DNA of 64,000 bases, from contig OZ024741.1 of the NCBI GenBank assembly GCA_964016885.1, forward strand, positions 355,198,001 to 355,262,000, read 5' to 3'. The notes under the pieces are model-generated. The model had not been told where the DNA came from, searched no databases, and worked only from the letters and a program-made list of their open reading frames with translations. Of the stretch, positions 49,178 to 60,300 are shown piece after piece (positions within the stretch are counted from its first letter, which is position 1; the number at the start of each line of letters is the position of its first letter). The translations under genes and the position numbers were made by a program. The DNA is from Eledone cirrhosa (Eukaryota).

Positions 49178-52154
49178 ATAATATCTTTTGATAGTATAAA
49201 AAAAATATCAACACAATCAACAACTAAAGTAACGACTTTTAAGATGACAGAGTAGTATTTCAGAAACACTCGGTTGCAATTCCCTGCAGGTCAAGCTTAC
49301 ATACAGAGGTTTTTTCCATGACCCGTACTTCCATTTAATCTTTTCAATCTACACTAACAAAATCTTCTTACATTTCCACAAAACATATATATAGCCTCAT
49401 ACACATATGACATAACAATAACATATTCCTACCATTGTCCTTTAACCCTACTTGAATCACCTAGAAACTTGAACTCTACAACAGTAGCAGTTGGAGACTA
49501 AACGGATCAGAGAAACCAATCTTGTTCTTCCTAACACCAACCACCTTACAGAGTGTGCTGGGTGTGTTTTACATGACACCATCCTTACCATTTACAGAGT
49601 GGGATAGTGCATTTTATCATGGTACTGACACTTTACAGAGTAGATGTACTGGGTGCATTTTATTGTGGCACCAGCACTAGAGAGGTTATCAGATGCTAGG
49701 CTGACCAAACTGGATAGTCCTCTCCAATCCTATATAGTGTCCATTTGATTTCAATTGCCAAACTCTGTAGCCTCTGATATGTCCAACTACACTACAAAAC
49801 AAAAATACTAAAAATGAAAAATTGCCTGGACATGAGCAGACAGTTACTACAGCAAGCTTCAACACCCAGAGTCGCTGCTACTACATGCATAAAAAACTAC
49901 CTCAAAACACCCAGACTCATATTCAACCCACCAAAGCACTACTACATCTTAAAAACATTAGCTCTCTCACTCAGTCAAACTAAAAACATATACACACATA
50001 AATAGGTACAATATGAACATCCTCACTAGCCTCAAGTACTTGGATGCACACCACTCACAATAAGTACTGAAGGACAGCACTGCAAGGATTGTGGTACTTC
50101 CATATACTGTACTGGAAAAACCGCAATGGGGCCTCCTCTTTACTTAAGGCCCTAAGCATGTGCTTATTTTGCTTAATGGTTAATCCTTTGCTGTGGCAAC
50201 TATGAGAATGTGCCGGCATACAGAAATAGACTGTTCTGCTGAACCCTATAAGGTACAACACAGCAAGCCAGTTTGTACAGTTTGGTCCTCAGTTATGCAT
50301 ATAAATGGTATAACTGATAAAATGAGTATCTGTGCTGTGCTGCATCATTCAACCATTTTCACAAACATAATTCAAGACGCACTAAAGTGGAACAGACGAA
50401 ATTCCTACCATTGATAGGTGTAATGCAAACATTAAAAATGTTGTATTGATAATTATATATATATATGTGTGTGTGTGCGCGCGCGCGCATACACACATTT
50501 ATACACAAGAGTTACAATGGAATTGGTCAGTGACCAGGTTACAAACAGAAGAAAATTTTGACACGAAGAAATAAATGAAAAGGGTTTTGTGTGTTTTGTT
50601 TTTATGGTTAAACATACTTCCACGATATTATTATTGATACACAAAAGACTTTTCCACGAACATATTGCTCGTGAGTTTGGTTATTGTTTAATCCCAGGTC
50701 AGCCCAAATTTAGTCGTTTCAACGGAGCCCATAACTTTTTTTCTACGCATAATGTAGGGCTTGAACATTACCCAATGTGTCTTTACCTTTTTAAAAATAT
50801 TAGCTTCTATTTTCAGCAGGTCGAGCGATCACATAACAGATGCCTCACTGAACATATAGAAAAGCAAACTAATCAATTAAGGGGTAAAAGTGTAAATAAC
50901 CGTGGGATTAGACATTGTTATTTTCTCATCTCTTTATGGTCCCAAAGTTGAAAAGAATTTCTCCCCCGTCACACTTGGATGTGTGCCAAGAAAGACAAAA
51001 GCTAAATCATACGCGATATGTTCTACATTATGTTAACTAGATCACCAAGTCATGTGTGTTATACCAAAGTCCAGCTGCTAAAAACTGTTATAAGCTATTT
51101 TTTCCTTTCGAAATTTAAATAATCTTTATTAAAAATAATTCTATCGTCAATCATTACAATTATGAGGTTGTGTTTTTTTTAGCCATATACTAACTTTGGT
51201 CGAACAGACCTCAAATGTATTTTGGTAAATTTTTAAGTTGATAGGTTTGTTGAAATTTTGAAGGTGGATTTTGTTTTTCCTATGATTTTTGATGCGTTTC
51301 GAACTAATATGGCATTCAAAACCGGCATACATTACTCGTTTTCTGTAGTTCTCCCACCAGAGAACTTCATTATACCTATCTCGATGAGTGTAATAAACAT
51401 TTACCCCTTCTTTTTTGCGAGAAGTGGGTATCTATAAGATTGCTAGCTGGTCGAGTGACCTTATAGAGAAGCCCCCTCACGCGGGTTATTTTTATTCGTA
51501 ATCTTGCTATATAGGATTTTATTCACCAAATTACAGTTATGCTAGAATTGAATTGAATCTAGTATATTACTAGTACTTGTTCTATCGATTTATTCAACAA
51601 ACATAGAGAAGTGTTCAAATACAAAGTTGGACCCAGCAAGATTACAATCCACTGTTATCCTTATATATATTTTACCAGTATTACTAATAGTAATACTGGT
51701 AATTAGCCTGAAATCTCTCTATTCCGATTTGTTTAAATTCTACTGGGATAGGTCTTATTTTTGTTTTTTCCAATACATAAAATAAAAGGAAATAACTAAA
51801 ACGTAGTCTAAATGAACACAATTACGCATGTATTTATTATTATTATAAAATCTAAATAAAATGTTAACACACAGTTATTAACAAATTATAAATAGGTTAA
51901 GCCATGTTGTTTCAGTTAGTATTATTTTAAACAGTTCGAAGTGACATAGGTACCTTGCACGATAAGAGAATACATGACATTAAGTTATGTACAATAAAAT
52001 ATGACTTCAGCAAAATAAAATATTAATATATACAGTTAGCTGAATATATAGATAATAAATGGATAAATAATATAATACATAAACACGAACAAATTAACTC
52101 CTTGTTGACTTGTTTAAATCGGAACGTGGTGACAACTAAAAAAGCTTGTAGTAC

Positions 52155-52230
52155 CTTGCATGTGGCGGTGTTGCGCACTACGTAGTAAACACAGCGGCTG
52201 TAACGTCACAACTTTCTGCGTTCAATTATA
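52155..52230 (-). promoter_or_regulatory. Candidate first exon and TSS region of the C6orf120-like gene
   Basis: CpG-rich unique segment ending CAAG|gtacta. The upstream region 52380-52700 is also CpG-richer. Confidence 0.45.
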
Positions 52231-53231
52231 TTAGTTTTGTTTGTTAATTTAATGTTTTTTATGTTTTTGAATGGGAGACGAAAGATAAATTTTTTGATAT
52301 AACTTTTGGGTCATCTTGCTTAATTACGTAGATAAATAAGAATGAAATGAATGATAATGGGAAATGTAAAAGATTTACGTGGCTTTCTTAAATAACCGAA
52401 ACGAATAAGTTTCATTTTAACGAGCATACTTCTAAATTTATAACTACCAAAGAAAAAAGAAAATAATAGCCAAAGTAAGGGAAACGGAGCAGACTCAACA
52501 CACCAGTCACGATGGTAATATCAACTGCGCTCCGTGAACAAAGTGGTGAATTTTGCGAAGGAAAACGGCAGTTTGGTGACTAAGAACACGAAAGGTTTTG
52601 ACGGCAACTGGCACGAAAAGGAAGCGATCGATCAAGTCCCGCTAAATTAACTATATATTGTTTTGTTGATATTTGTTCATAATACGCGTGCTTTATACAT
52701 GAAGCGTTGAATATATTCTGTTAGCAATGATAAACATTTTATGATAAATACAAACATATTTACATATTTTTAAAAATAATAATAGGTGTGAGGTTAAAAA
52801 ATACAGTTTACATTTGTAGTGAAATTTTTATCCTTGCAAAGAAAATATGGTGATCTGTCACGGCAACCTTACATATCTGTAACATTATATGGACCCATAA
52901 CTTCTGATGGAGTCGTGGGAACGCTGTATTGGGCACTTAAAACCCTGTATCGGAGTAGTACTTTTATAGAACTCGAAAAGCAGTATTGGACTGGTACTTT
53001 TATCGATCTCGGAAGGATGAAAAGCAAAGTTGGCTTCGTGGGATTTTAACTCATAAAGTGAAGTGAACCGGAATGAATAACTACAAAACATTCTAGCCGA
53101 CTTTCAAACAAGTCTACTAATTCGCCGCCTCGTATTTAACATTATTACCAAATATAAAATTACTCTTCATCGACGTACAATCAGATAAAGTCATTCTCAT
53201 TCATTTCTCTTCTCCCTTACGCCATTTTAAA

Positions 53232-53515
53232 ACGCGCGTAGCCTAGTGGTGTGTTGGACATACGACCATAACGTCGTGGATTCGATTCCTGGACTGGGTT
53301 GTGTATTGTGTTCTTGAGCAAAACACTTCATTTCATGTTGTTCTAGTATACTCAACTGAAAATGAGTACCAGTAATAACTGGGGAATTTAACCCTGCGGT
53401 AGACTGGCGTCCTGTCCAGGGGGAGTATTGTACTCTCAGTCGCTTAACGCCATGGAAACCGAGATAAGCACTGGCCTGATGAGCCTCCGGGCTCTTGGCA
53501 GACTTTAGACTAGAC
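53232..53515 (+). mobile_element. Full-length tRNA-derived SINE (CORE-like centre, different tail)
   Basis: A box tagcctagtgg, B box ttcgattcc, gtgttcttgagcaaaacact, gactggcgtcctgtccagggg and an (agact) repeat tail. Confidence 0.8.
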
Positions 53516-53864
53516 TGCACTCAACTTGAATTACTATTGTAATTGATCAATAACTACGATCATATTCCAACCTGTGACGTTCGAAATGTTTGGAGGAGCT
53601 TGCCTTACCGGGGTATGAGGTGATGGTTTCGAAAGTGCTTGGTTATTCCAGCGCCTTACCCTCGCTATCATCCGCGATAATGCTGCAAATGATTTTTAGA
53701 GTGTGTGGGTTATCTCTCCCACCTTTTTCTTCGTTATTATTCCCTCCTTTGTTCTTTTTTAGTACTGTATCTGCATAGTTTTATTCGTTATATAAATTAT
53801 ATTCACTCATTAAAAATAATAAGAACTTGAATTACTATTTTAATTGATCAATAAGTACATAACA

Positions 53865-54245
53865 AAACAGCGAATCAAACTGGTGCAGTAATGCGCCAGT
53901 TTCAGCATTCGGTAATCAGAAGAAGGGAGGTGGCTGTGAAAGCCAAATTCACTATCTTCAGTTCGGTATTCATGTCTACCCTTACCTATGGTCATGAATC
54001 TTGGGTAATGACTGAAAGAATACGATTGTGAATACAAGCGACCGAAATTGGGTTGCTCCGAAGAGTTCTTGGAGTAACGTTTCTTGATAGAGAGCGTAGC
54101 TCAGAGATAACAAAATCGCTCCAGGTAGAGCCACTACTTCTCCGAATTGAGAGATAACAGCTCCGATACTATGGGCATGTGGTTAGAATGTTTCAGGAAA
54201 AAATTGGACAGATTTTACTTGCAAAAACCAACCGGCCGGGGACCT
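53865..54245 (+). mobile_element. RTE (Rex3/Expander-like) C-terminal fragment
   Basis: STLTYGHESWVMTERI..EPLLLRIER*QLRYYGHVVRM. Confidence 0.8.
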
Positions 54246-54249
54246 AAGA

Positions 54250-54520
54250 AGCAAAGAAGAGAACTGTCATTCGACGACTTGAAGGAGTTACACCGGGAAG
54301 AGACAGAATCCTTACAACAAGGTCTGAACTCCTATGAAGAGGATAAAAATGAAAAAAGAACCACCTCCAGATAAAAGCAGAAGAAACTATTTTGTCTCTA
54401 GCAAGAGCTCAGACATGAGAACATATTACCTTCTCTTAGAGGATGTTGTGTCAGGTGTGAGCTACTTTTCTGATAGTGTTGCAGTACGTTTCGATTGTCC
54501 AGAAGAAAGGAATGTTGCAG
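54250..54520 (+). pseudogene. Possible Tigger/pogo transposase C-terminal remnant
   Basis: ELSFDDLKELHREE..acidic tract..GVSYFSDSVAVRF resembles the ELT.EEL.EL..E...A...F.D....F tail. Confidence 0.4.
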
Positions 54521-55032
54521 TAATTTGAACTCTTGTTCTTATGTTAGCAAAATAGGTCAAGGTGACCACACGTGCTGATCTTTTTGGTCAGATAGATATT
54601 GGGTTCCATTGTTTTCGAGATCTGGCGCCAGCCAGTCTGGAGAAAGCATCCAACTGGAGCTCAGCTGAGATTTCCAGCTTCATCAACTCATACTGCTTTC
54701 GTCTCTCAAAGAGACACTACACTAGTTGGTTCCAGTAAGCAGAGCAATATAGTCGTCAACAGATTCTTGCTTCGGCCAGTGACACTTCAACAATGGTCCA
54801 CACACAGCTGTGTATATCATCTTTCGAGCGCCCTGCTCACACTCATACACAACAGCACAGCTTTGTTTTCCTATGTTGTAATCAATAACCTTGTAGTAGG
54901 TTATCCCTTAATCAATTTTTTTAAAGAATCAATCATGGTTTATTTGTTCATTCAACAACACACTCACACATCGTTTCATATGGGGACAGGCCAACTTTAT
55001 ACGCAGCACCCATCAAAAACACTGCCACACCA

Positions 55033-56140
55033 CATCATCATCATCATCATCATCGTTTAACGTCCATCTTCCACGCTTGCATGGGTTTGGACGGGAGGTT
55101 TCCCACTTGAGGCAAGATTTGTTGTCCTGCTCGTATAGGACTGTCTGGCGGGTTTTCTACGGCTGGATGCCCTTCCTAACACCAATCACGTTTACAGTGT
55201 GGACTGGGAGGTTTTTACCGTGTTACCTACACGGCCACATTACAGCGTGGACTGTGTTTTTTTTGTCGTGACACCTACACGACCTCATTTGTTTCGGACT
55301 GGATGTTGTGGTACCAACATAACTTCACATTTAAGGGGGTGGTGTGGAGGGGGGGTGGTTTATTTTGTTAGAGGTGCCTACTGACTGTAGGTTTTGCTTT
55401 GTACTTAGGCAAGGCGGGTCTTCTGTATGACTGTGTAGCGCCAAAGATCTCGGTCCAGTGACATTGTCTTGGAGAGGTGTAAGTGTGTGAAGTCGGAATT
55501 TATCAAGTTATCCCAGGTTTTTCTGGGTCTGCCTGCTCCGTGGTTACCGTCTATTTTTATCGCCCTGCACTTTTTTATACAGCTGTCATCTTTCATGCGC
55601 ATCACATGACCGTACTAACGTAGTCTTCTCTCGAGTAAACAACATCTGATCCCTCTTATTCCTAATTTCTCCCTTAGTTCGTTTATGCTTTGCCGTTCAC
55701 GTATATTACTATTACACATCCAGCGGAACATGCAAGCTTCGTTTCTCTCCAGTCTGCGTATTTCCTCTGCACACAATGCCCAGGTCTCACTGCCATGTAA
55801 CATTGCTGTTCGTATGCAGGCATCATACAGCCTGCCTTTCATTTTTAGAGAGAACCCTTTAGCGGCCAATAGTGATATAAGCTCTCTGAACTTTTTCCAT
55901 CCCGTTCTGACTCTAGCTACTGTACTTTGAGAGCACCCTCTCCCACTGCTGATTTTGTCACCCAGGTAACGGAAGGTGTCCACTATTTCTATAGAACCAT
56001 CTGTGCAATGGAATGAGCTAGTATTCTGTGGGCACTTGCTGCTACTTATTGCACCAGAGCACCGGCCACATATAAAATCTATATTCTTAGTTAGCTTACC
56101 TGTGATCCCACTACATCTTTTATGCACCCATACTTTGCAT
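55033..56140 (-). mobile_element. 5'-truncated RTE LINE (close relative of 23495-24692)
   Basis: HKRCSGITG, FRYLGD, MLHGSETW, GRPRKTW and an (atg)n tail. Confidence 0.9.
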
Positions 56141-56876
56141 GAACGTAAACCACTGAACGACAGACAAATACCAATTCCAAATCTTGTCTCAGTACATCTA
56201 TTTTTATCTCATTACAGGACTACGGCAATCCATCCTGGACACATTCTTTTTAAAAAATGACCCCCAAAACCTTTTACTTCTGCTGTTTCTTATTTTTCCA
56301 TAAGAGAAGATCCAGATGATTCTCCTACAGAAGAAAGTAGTTCTCAGAAACGGAAAAAATACTCTTCTTCTTGCTTGAGAAGGGTGGCGGATAGAGATAC
56401 GGCCACCAGATATGATGGTTAGTTATGATATAAGCAGGCTCCTTTCGGCCAAATAAGGAACATCAGACCAACAGGGTAAACTACTAGGGGAGATGGAGCA
56501 ATTGGTGACACTTGTAGCTCCCAAGAAAACTCTCACAGCCCAGTAATGTAGCTATGACGAGGCGAGTAACGGCCGCCTCTGAAAAGCCTAGTCTTCGCAG
56601 GTTTGAGAAAGTACCAGAATGGTGACTGGCACGAATAAGACCACCAAAACTGCATTATGATGAGAGGTAAGAAAAAGAACCATATTTCAAGCCTTATTCA
56701 AACACAATTTTTGGATTAATGCCAAATCCACATCCAGGACCTGATACATAAATCAAGAGATTGTCAAAGATACAAAGAAGCAGTGAAATTAAGATATCTA
56801 TCAAAGAAAGAATTTTTATATTTTTTAAATATATTCAAAGTTTTATTCACTGTTGTATAAAAAGAAATATAATAAT

Positions 56877-57016
56877 TGTTTCTACTTTTGGCACAAGGTC
56901 AGCAAATACCCAGTGCATTACTGGTACTTTATTTTATCGACCCCGTAAGGATGAAAGGCAAAGTTAACCTCGGCGGGATTTGAACTCAAACCGTAAAGAG
57001 CCATAACTCTGTGCTG
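56877..57016 (-). mobile_element. 5'-truncated SINE inserted in the CRE 3' UTR
   Basis: Perfect direct repeat aaaagaaatataataat at 56860-56876 and 57017-57033. Confidence 0.88.
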
Positions 57017-57164
57017 AAAAGAAATATAATAATACAAAGCTTACAGAACGAAAGCACAAATATAATACAGAGAAAAGGGAAAGGGAAAACAAAAAAAAAC
57101 AAAAAACACAGAAGCAGTTAACACATACATTTGAGACCACATACAACAACAGACAGGCGAAAGG

Positions 57165-57390
57165 GGAGGTCCCCCCAAACAAGAGTTATCAAGATACCAG
57201 ACATTGAGGTCCAACTCAACCCCCATCTTGGTGATGTCATCAATGCCCAGTGCAAACAGAGTGGGTTGCCCTGTTGGATTCCTGAGGCAGAGGTGATGAT
57301 TTGGTCACCAAAAGAGAGATAGGAGGGCTCCCGATAAGCCTGCTAAGCAAGGTATTAGAGTTGTGGGACCTCTCTTACTGAGCTGAGGAC
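57165..57390 (-). repeat. Displaced duplicate of the CRE RT core segment 58722-58941
   Basis: Colinear similarity; both copies encode GVELDLNVWYLDNSCLGGPP. Confidence 0.9.
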
Positions 57391-60300
57391 AACCGAACCA
57401 CTACCAGAGTAAAAGATAACAGTACCGCGAGGAGCACTGGGAAACCTCTGTAATGATTTTTGAGGCAAGCCAGCACACTTGCAGCGTTACCTCGGGAGAT
57501 GGCGAGGCTGATACGTGGAACAACCAAGCACCCTCATGAGCTTCAGTGAAGATAGAAATCTTGCAGTCAGTAGCCCGAACACCACAGGTTGGAAAATGTA
57601 GTTGGCCGACAGATCACAGTATTTTAGGATTTTGTTCTGTTTGGCTGCGGAAGCAGTAGCTCTCTATAACCGCAGCATCCAGGATGTGGGAAGAAGCAAA
57701 AGAGTCACTAACTGTGACGTCCCAGACAAGGCATCTGTCTTTCAACCAGGAGCACAGGGTAAGGCCGTCAGGTCTTTTTCCACCAATTCTGGACAACCCA
57801 GATGTTTCCAAGATTGAGGGGATGTTTGCTCGGGCTAAAGCTCTCTTGAGAATAAGGTTTAGTTCCGTGTGATGCACAAAGCAACCAACATTCAGGCGGC
57901 AAGAAAGACCGTGGAGTCGAGGAGTTTGCCACATTGATACCTCAAACCCGTACAGACCAGCTCCCACCAATGTTAGCCACAGGTAGGGCATCAACCCAGT
58001 CACCTGAGTATTTGGCACTGGCAGACAGTAAGCGGCACCTTGAAAACTGATCCAATGGTCGAAGGTGGCCTTCGAACTTATGCTGTCTCAAGCCCTCTGA
58101 CTTCGACTGTCCTCCACCTTGTCAAGAACAGATAAACCCAACTCACTCCATTGCTGGAAAGCTTCATCCAACTACTTGTTGGAACTAGTCTATATTGGAG
58201 AGGAGAAGATGTTGCTCTCCAGGGTGAAGGAAGGGAAGCAAGGGAGAGAGAGGGACAAACATCTACAAAGACCAAGACCCCCAAATCACTTGAGCAATGC
58301 AGTTTGATCATGGGACTCTGGAGAGAGTCTGACATTGACCAAGCACTTGAGTCTCTCGAAGATTAGGTCGTCAAAGTAGGACGGAAATCTGTGAGAAGGG
58401 CTGACTCTAAGCATAGGAATTTAAAAGTAGTTTCTGACTGAAAAAACCTTGATGGGGTTCGATTGCTCCAATACTCTTCAGCAAATGCTCAAGGCCAACC
58501 ATCTTCGATTGGAAGATTGACTCGAAGGCAAGGTCTGTAATTGGGGCTCCCAAGGAACACCAAACCGACAGGGGAGGGAGACCACAGTGAAAGGGAAGGA
58601 CTCTGTAAACAGGTCAACTGTCTGTTGATGTTGAGAAGCTGGTTGGTTGAAGCTATTGACCTGGAGACCCCGATGGCTAAATTCCTCAACCATTTTGTTA
58701 ACAGTGGCGAGAACCTTATCCGGAGGTCCCCCCAAACAAGAGTTGTCGAGATACCAGACATTGAGGTCCAACTCAACTCCCATCTTGGTGATGTCATCAA
58801 TGTCCAGTGCAAACAGAGTGGGTTGCCCTGTTGGACTCCTGAGGCAGAGGTGATGACTTGGTCACCAAAAGAGAGGTAGGAGGGTTCCCGCTAAGCAAAG
58901 TGGTAGAGTCGTGGGATCTTCTCTCTCTTACTGAGCTGACGATGACATCACGGCTGACGGAGTTGAATGTGTTCTTGAGGTCAAGTTTGAGGACGACCTT
59001 GAGGGACAAAAAAGGCAAGTTGGTAAAGGCTCTGGTAGCATGGGCAGCAGCCTCACATCCCAGCTTGGTGCCCTCTCCTAGCTGGATGGGGGAAAATGCC
59101 TCCGCCAGTGAGTCAGAGATTGATAACAAACACACTTTTACAGTGAGATGGCGAAGGGTGCAACCAACCGCAATGGGGCGCAGGTCTCCGTTGGCTTTAG
59201 TGAGACCGAAGAAAAGTGGGCGATTATAGGGGAGAACGTTCACTGAAGAGAACTGATTCACAAACTGAGTCAGACTCTCCAAGAGCTCGAGTCCGGCGTC
59301 ACCGGTCGATAAGGAGATACCATCCTTGAGGTGTTGAAGTCGAAGGCCGTCAATCCCATTGCCTGAACCAGTGGGGAAGGATGAAATTGTGTAGACTGGT
59401 TTCGAGTATTCTGGTGGTTTGGGCCAGTGTAACTGATCATCTGGGGGTGCCGATGGGTGCTTCTCTTTCAGTCGCTCAAGAGAATCAGAGTTACACGAAG
59501 AGAGGGAGGCCAGAGAAGAGAGGACACGAACATCCATTTTAATGTCAAATTTGCTGAATCTGGCATTAACCACAGCTTGGGGTTTATCAGTTATCAGTTG
59601 CCTGTTGGTAGGCAACGAGCTTGATATCAAACTGAGGTGAGAAGTGGTTGGGGTGGATCAAACAGCTGGAATTGTTGCTTGAGAGAGGACGTGAGGGAAC
59701 CCGATTTCACATTGTGCACATGAAGAGAGATGAGAGGGAACAAAAACAGTTTCTGCCAGTAAGATGTATTGTTAGATAAAGAAACGTTTTTCAATAGATT
59801 GGAGACAGCATGTGCAAAGCTATTCTGAGCTCCCTTAGGGATCCAGTTGATGAGCTTCAATTTGGATAAACCCTGGAGGGCTGCGGCAAAGTTTTCGATA
59901 GAGAGCTGGTCATCAAAGCGTAGGACGTCTCCATAGAGTACGTCAGAGCTAAAGTGACACTGATTACAGGTCCAGTGTTGAAGCCTTTTGGCTTGAGCCT
60001 TGATGATGCCGACACAGCTCCTGTGGTAGTTTTGGTAGTGCAGGCGACATTTGTCTTTAGGTACCAGCTAGTGCAAGCACAGAGAGCACAATCAAGTGGT
60101 GAGCTGGCAGTGACCAACAGTAGAGGGTCAGCATTGGAATTTGAGTGAGGGAGTGAACTAGTAAAAGAGGCAGGGTAAGCAGCATTAGTTCTAATGGTGG
60201 GATTAGAACAGAGGTTGGGTGGTACTGGGGGTGGGCTGACAGTTGTAAGAGTGGTGGGATTGGCAGGGATAATTCCGTTCGGAACCAGCGGTGGAGAAGA

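Noticed and set aside
51147-51370. Penelope GIY-YIG endonuclease remnant (IGKTKSTFKI)
   Set aside because: Only one short motif amid stops and frameshifts; not supportable without a search.
53470-53510. Hammerhead ribozyme at ctgatgag
   Set aside because: No GAAA follows stem II. The sequence is part of a SINE tail.
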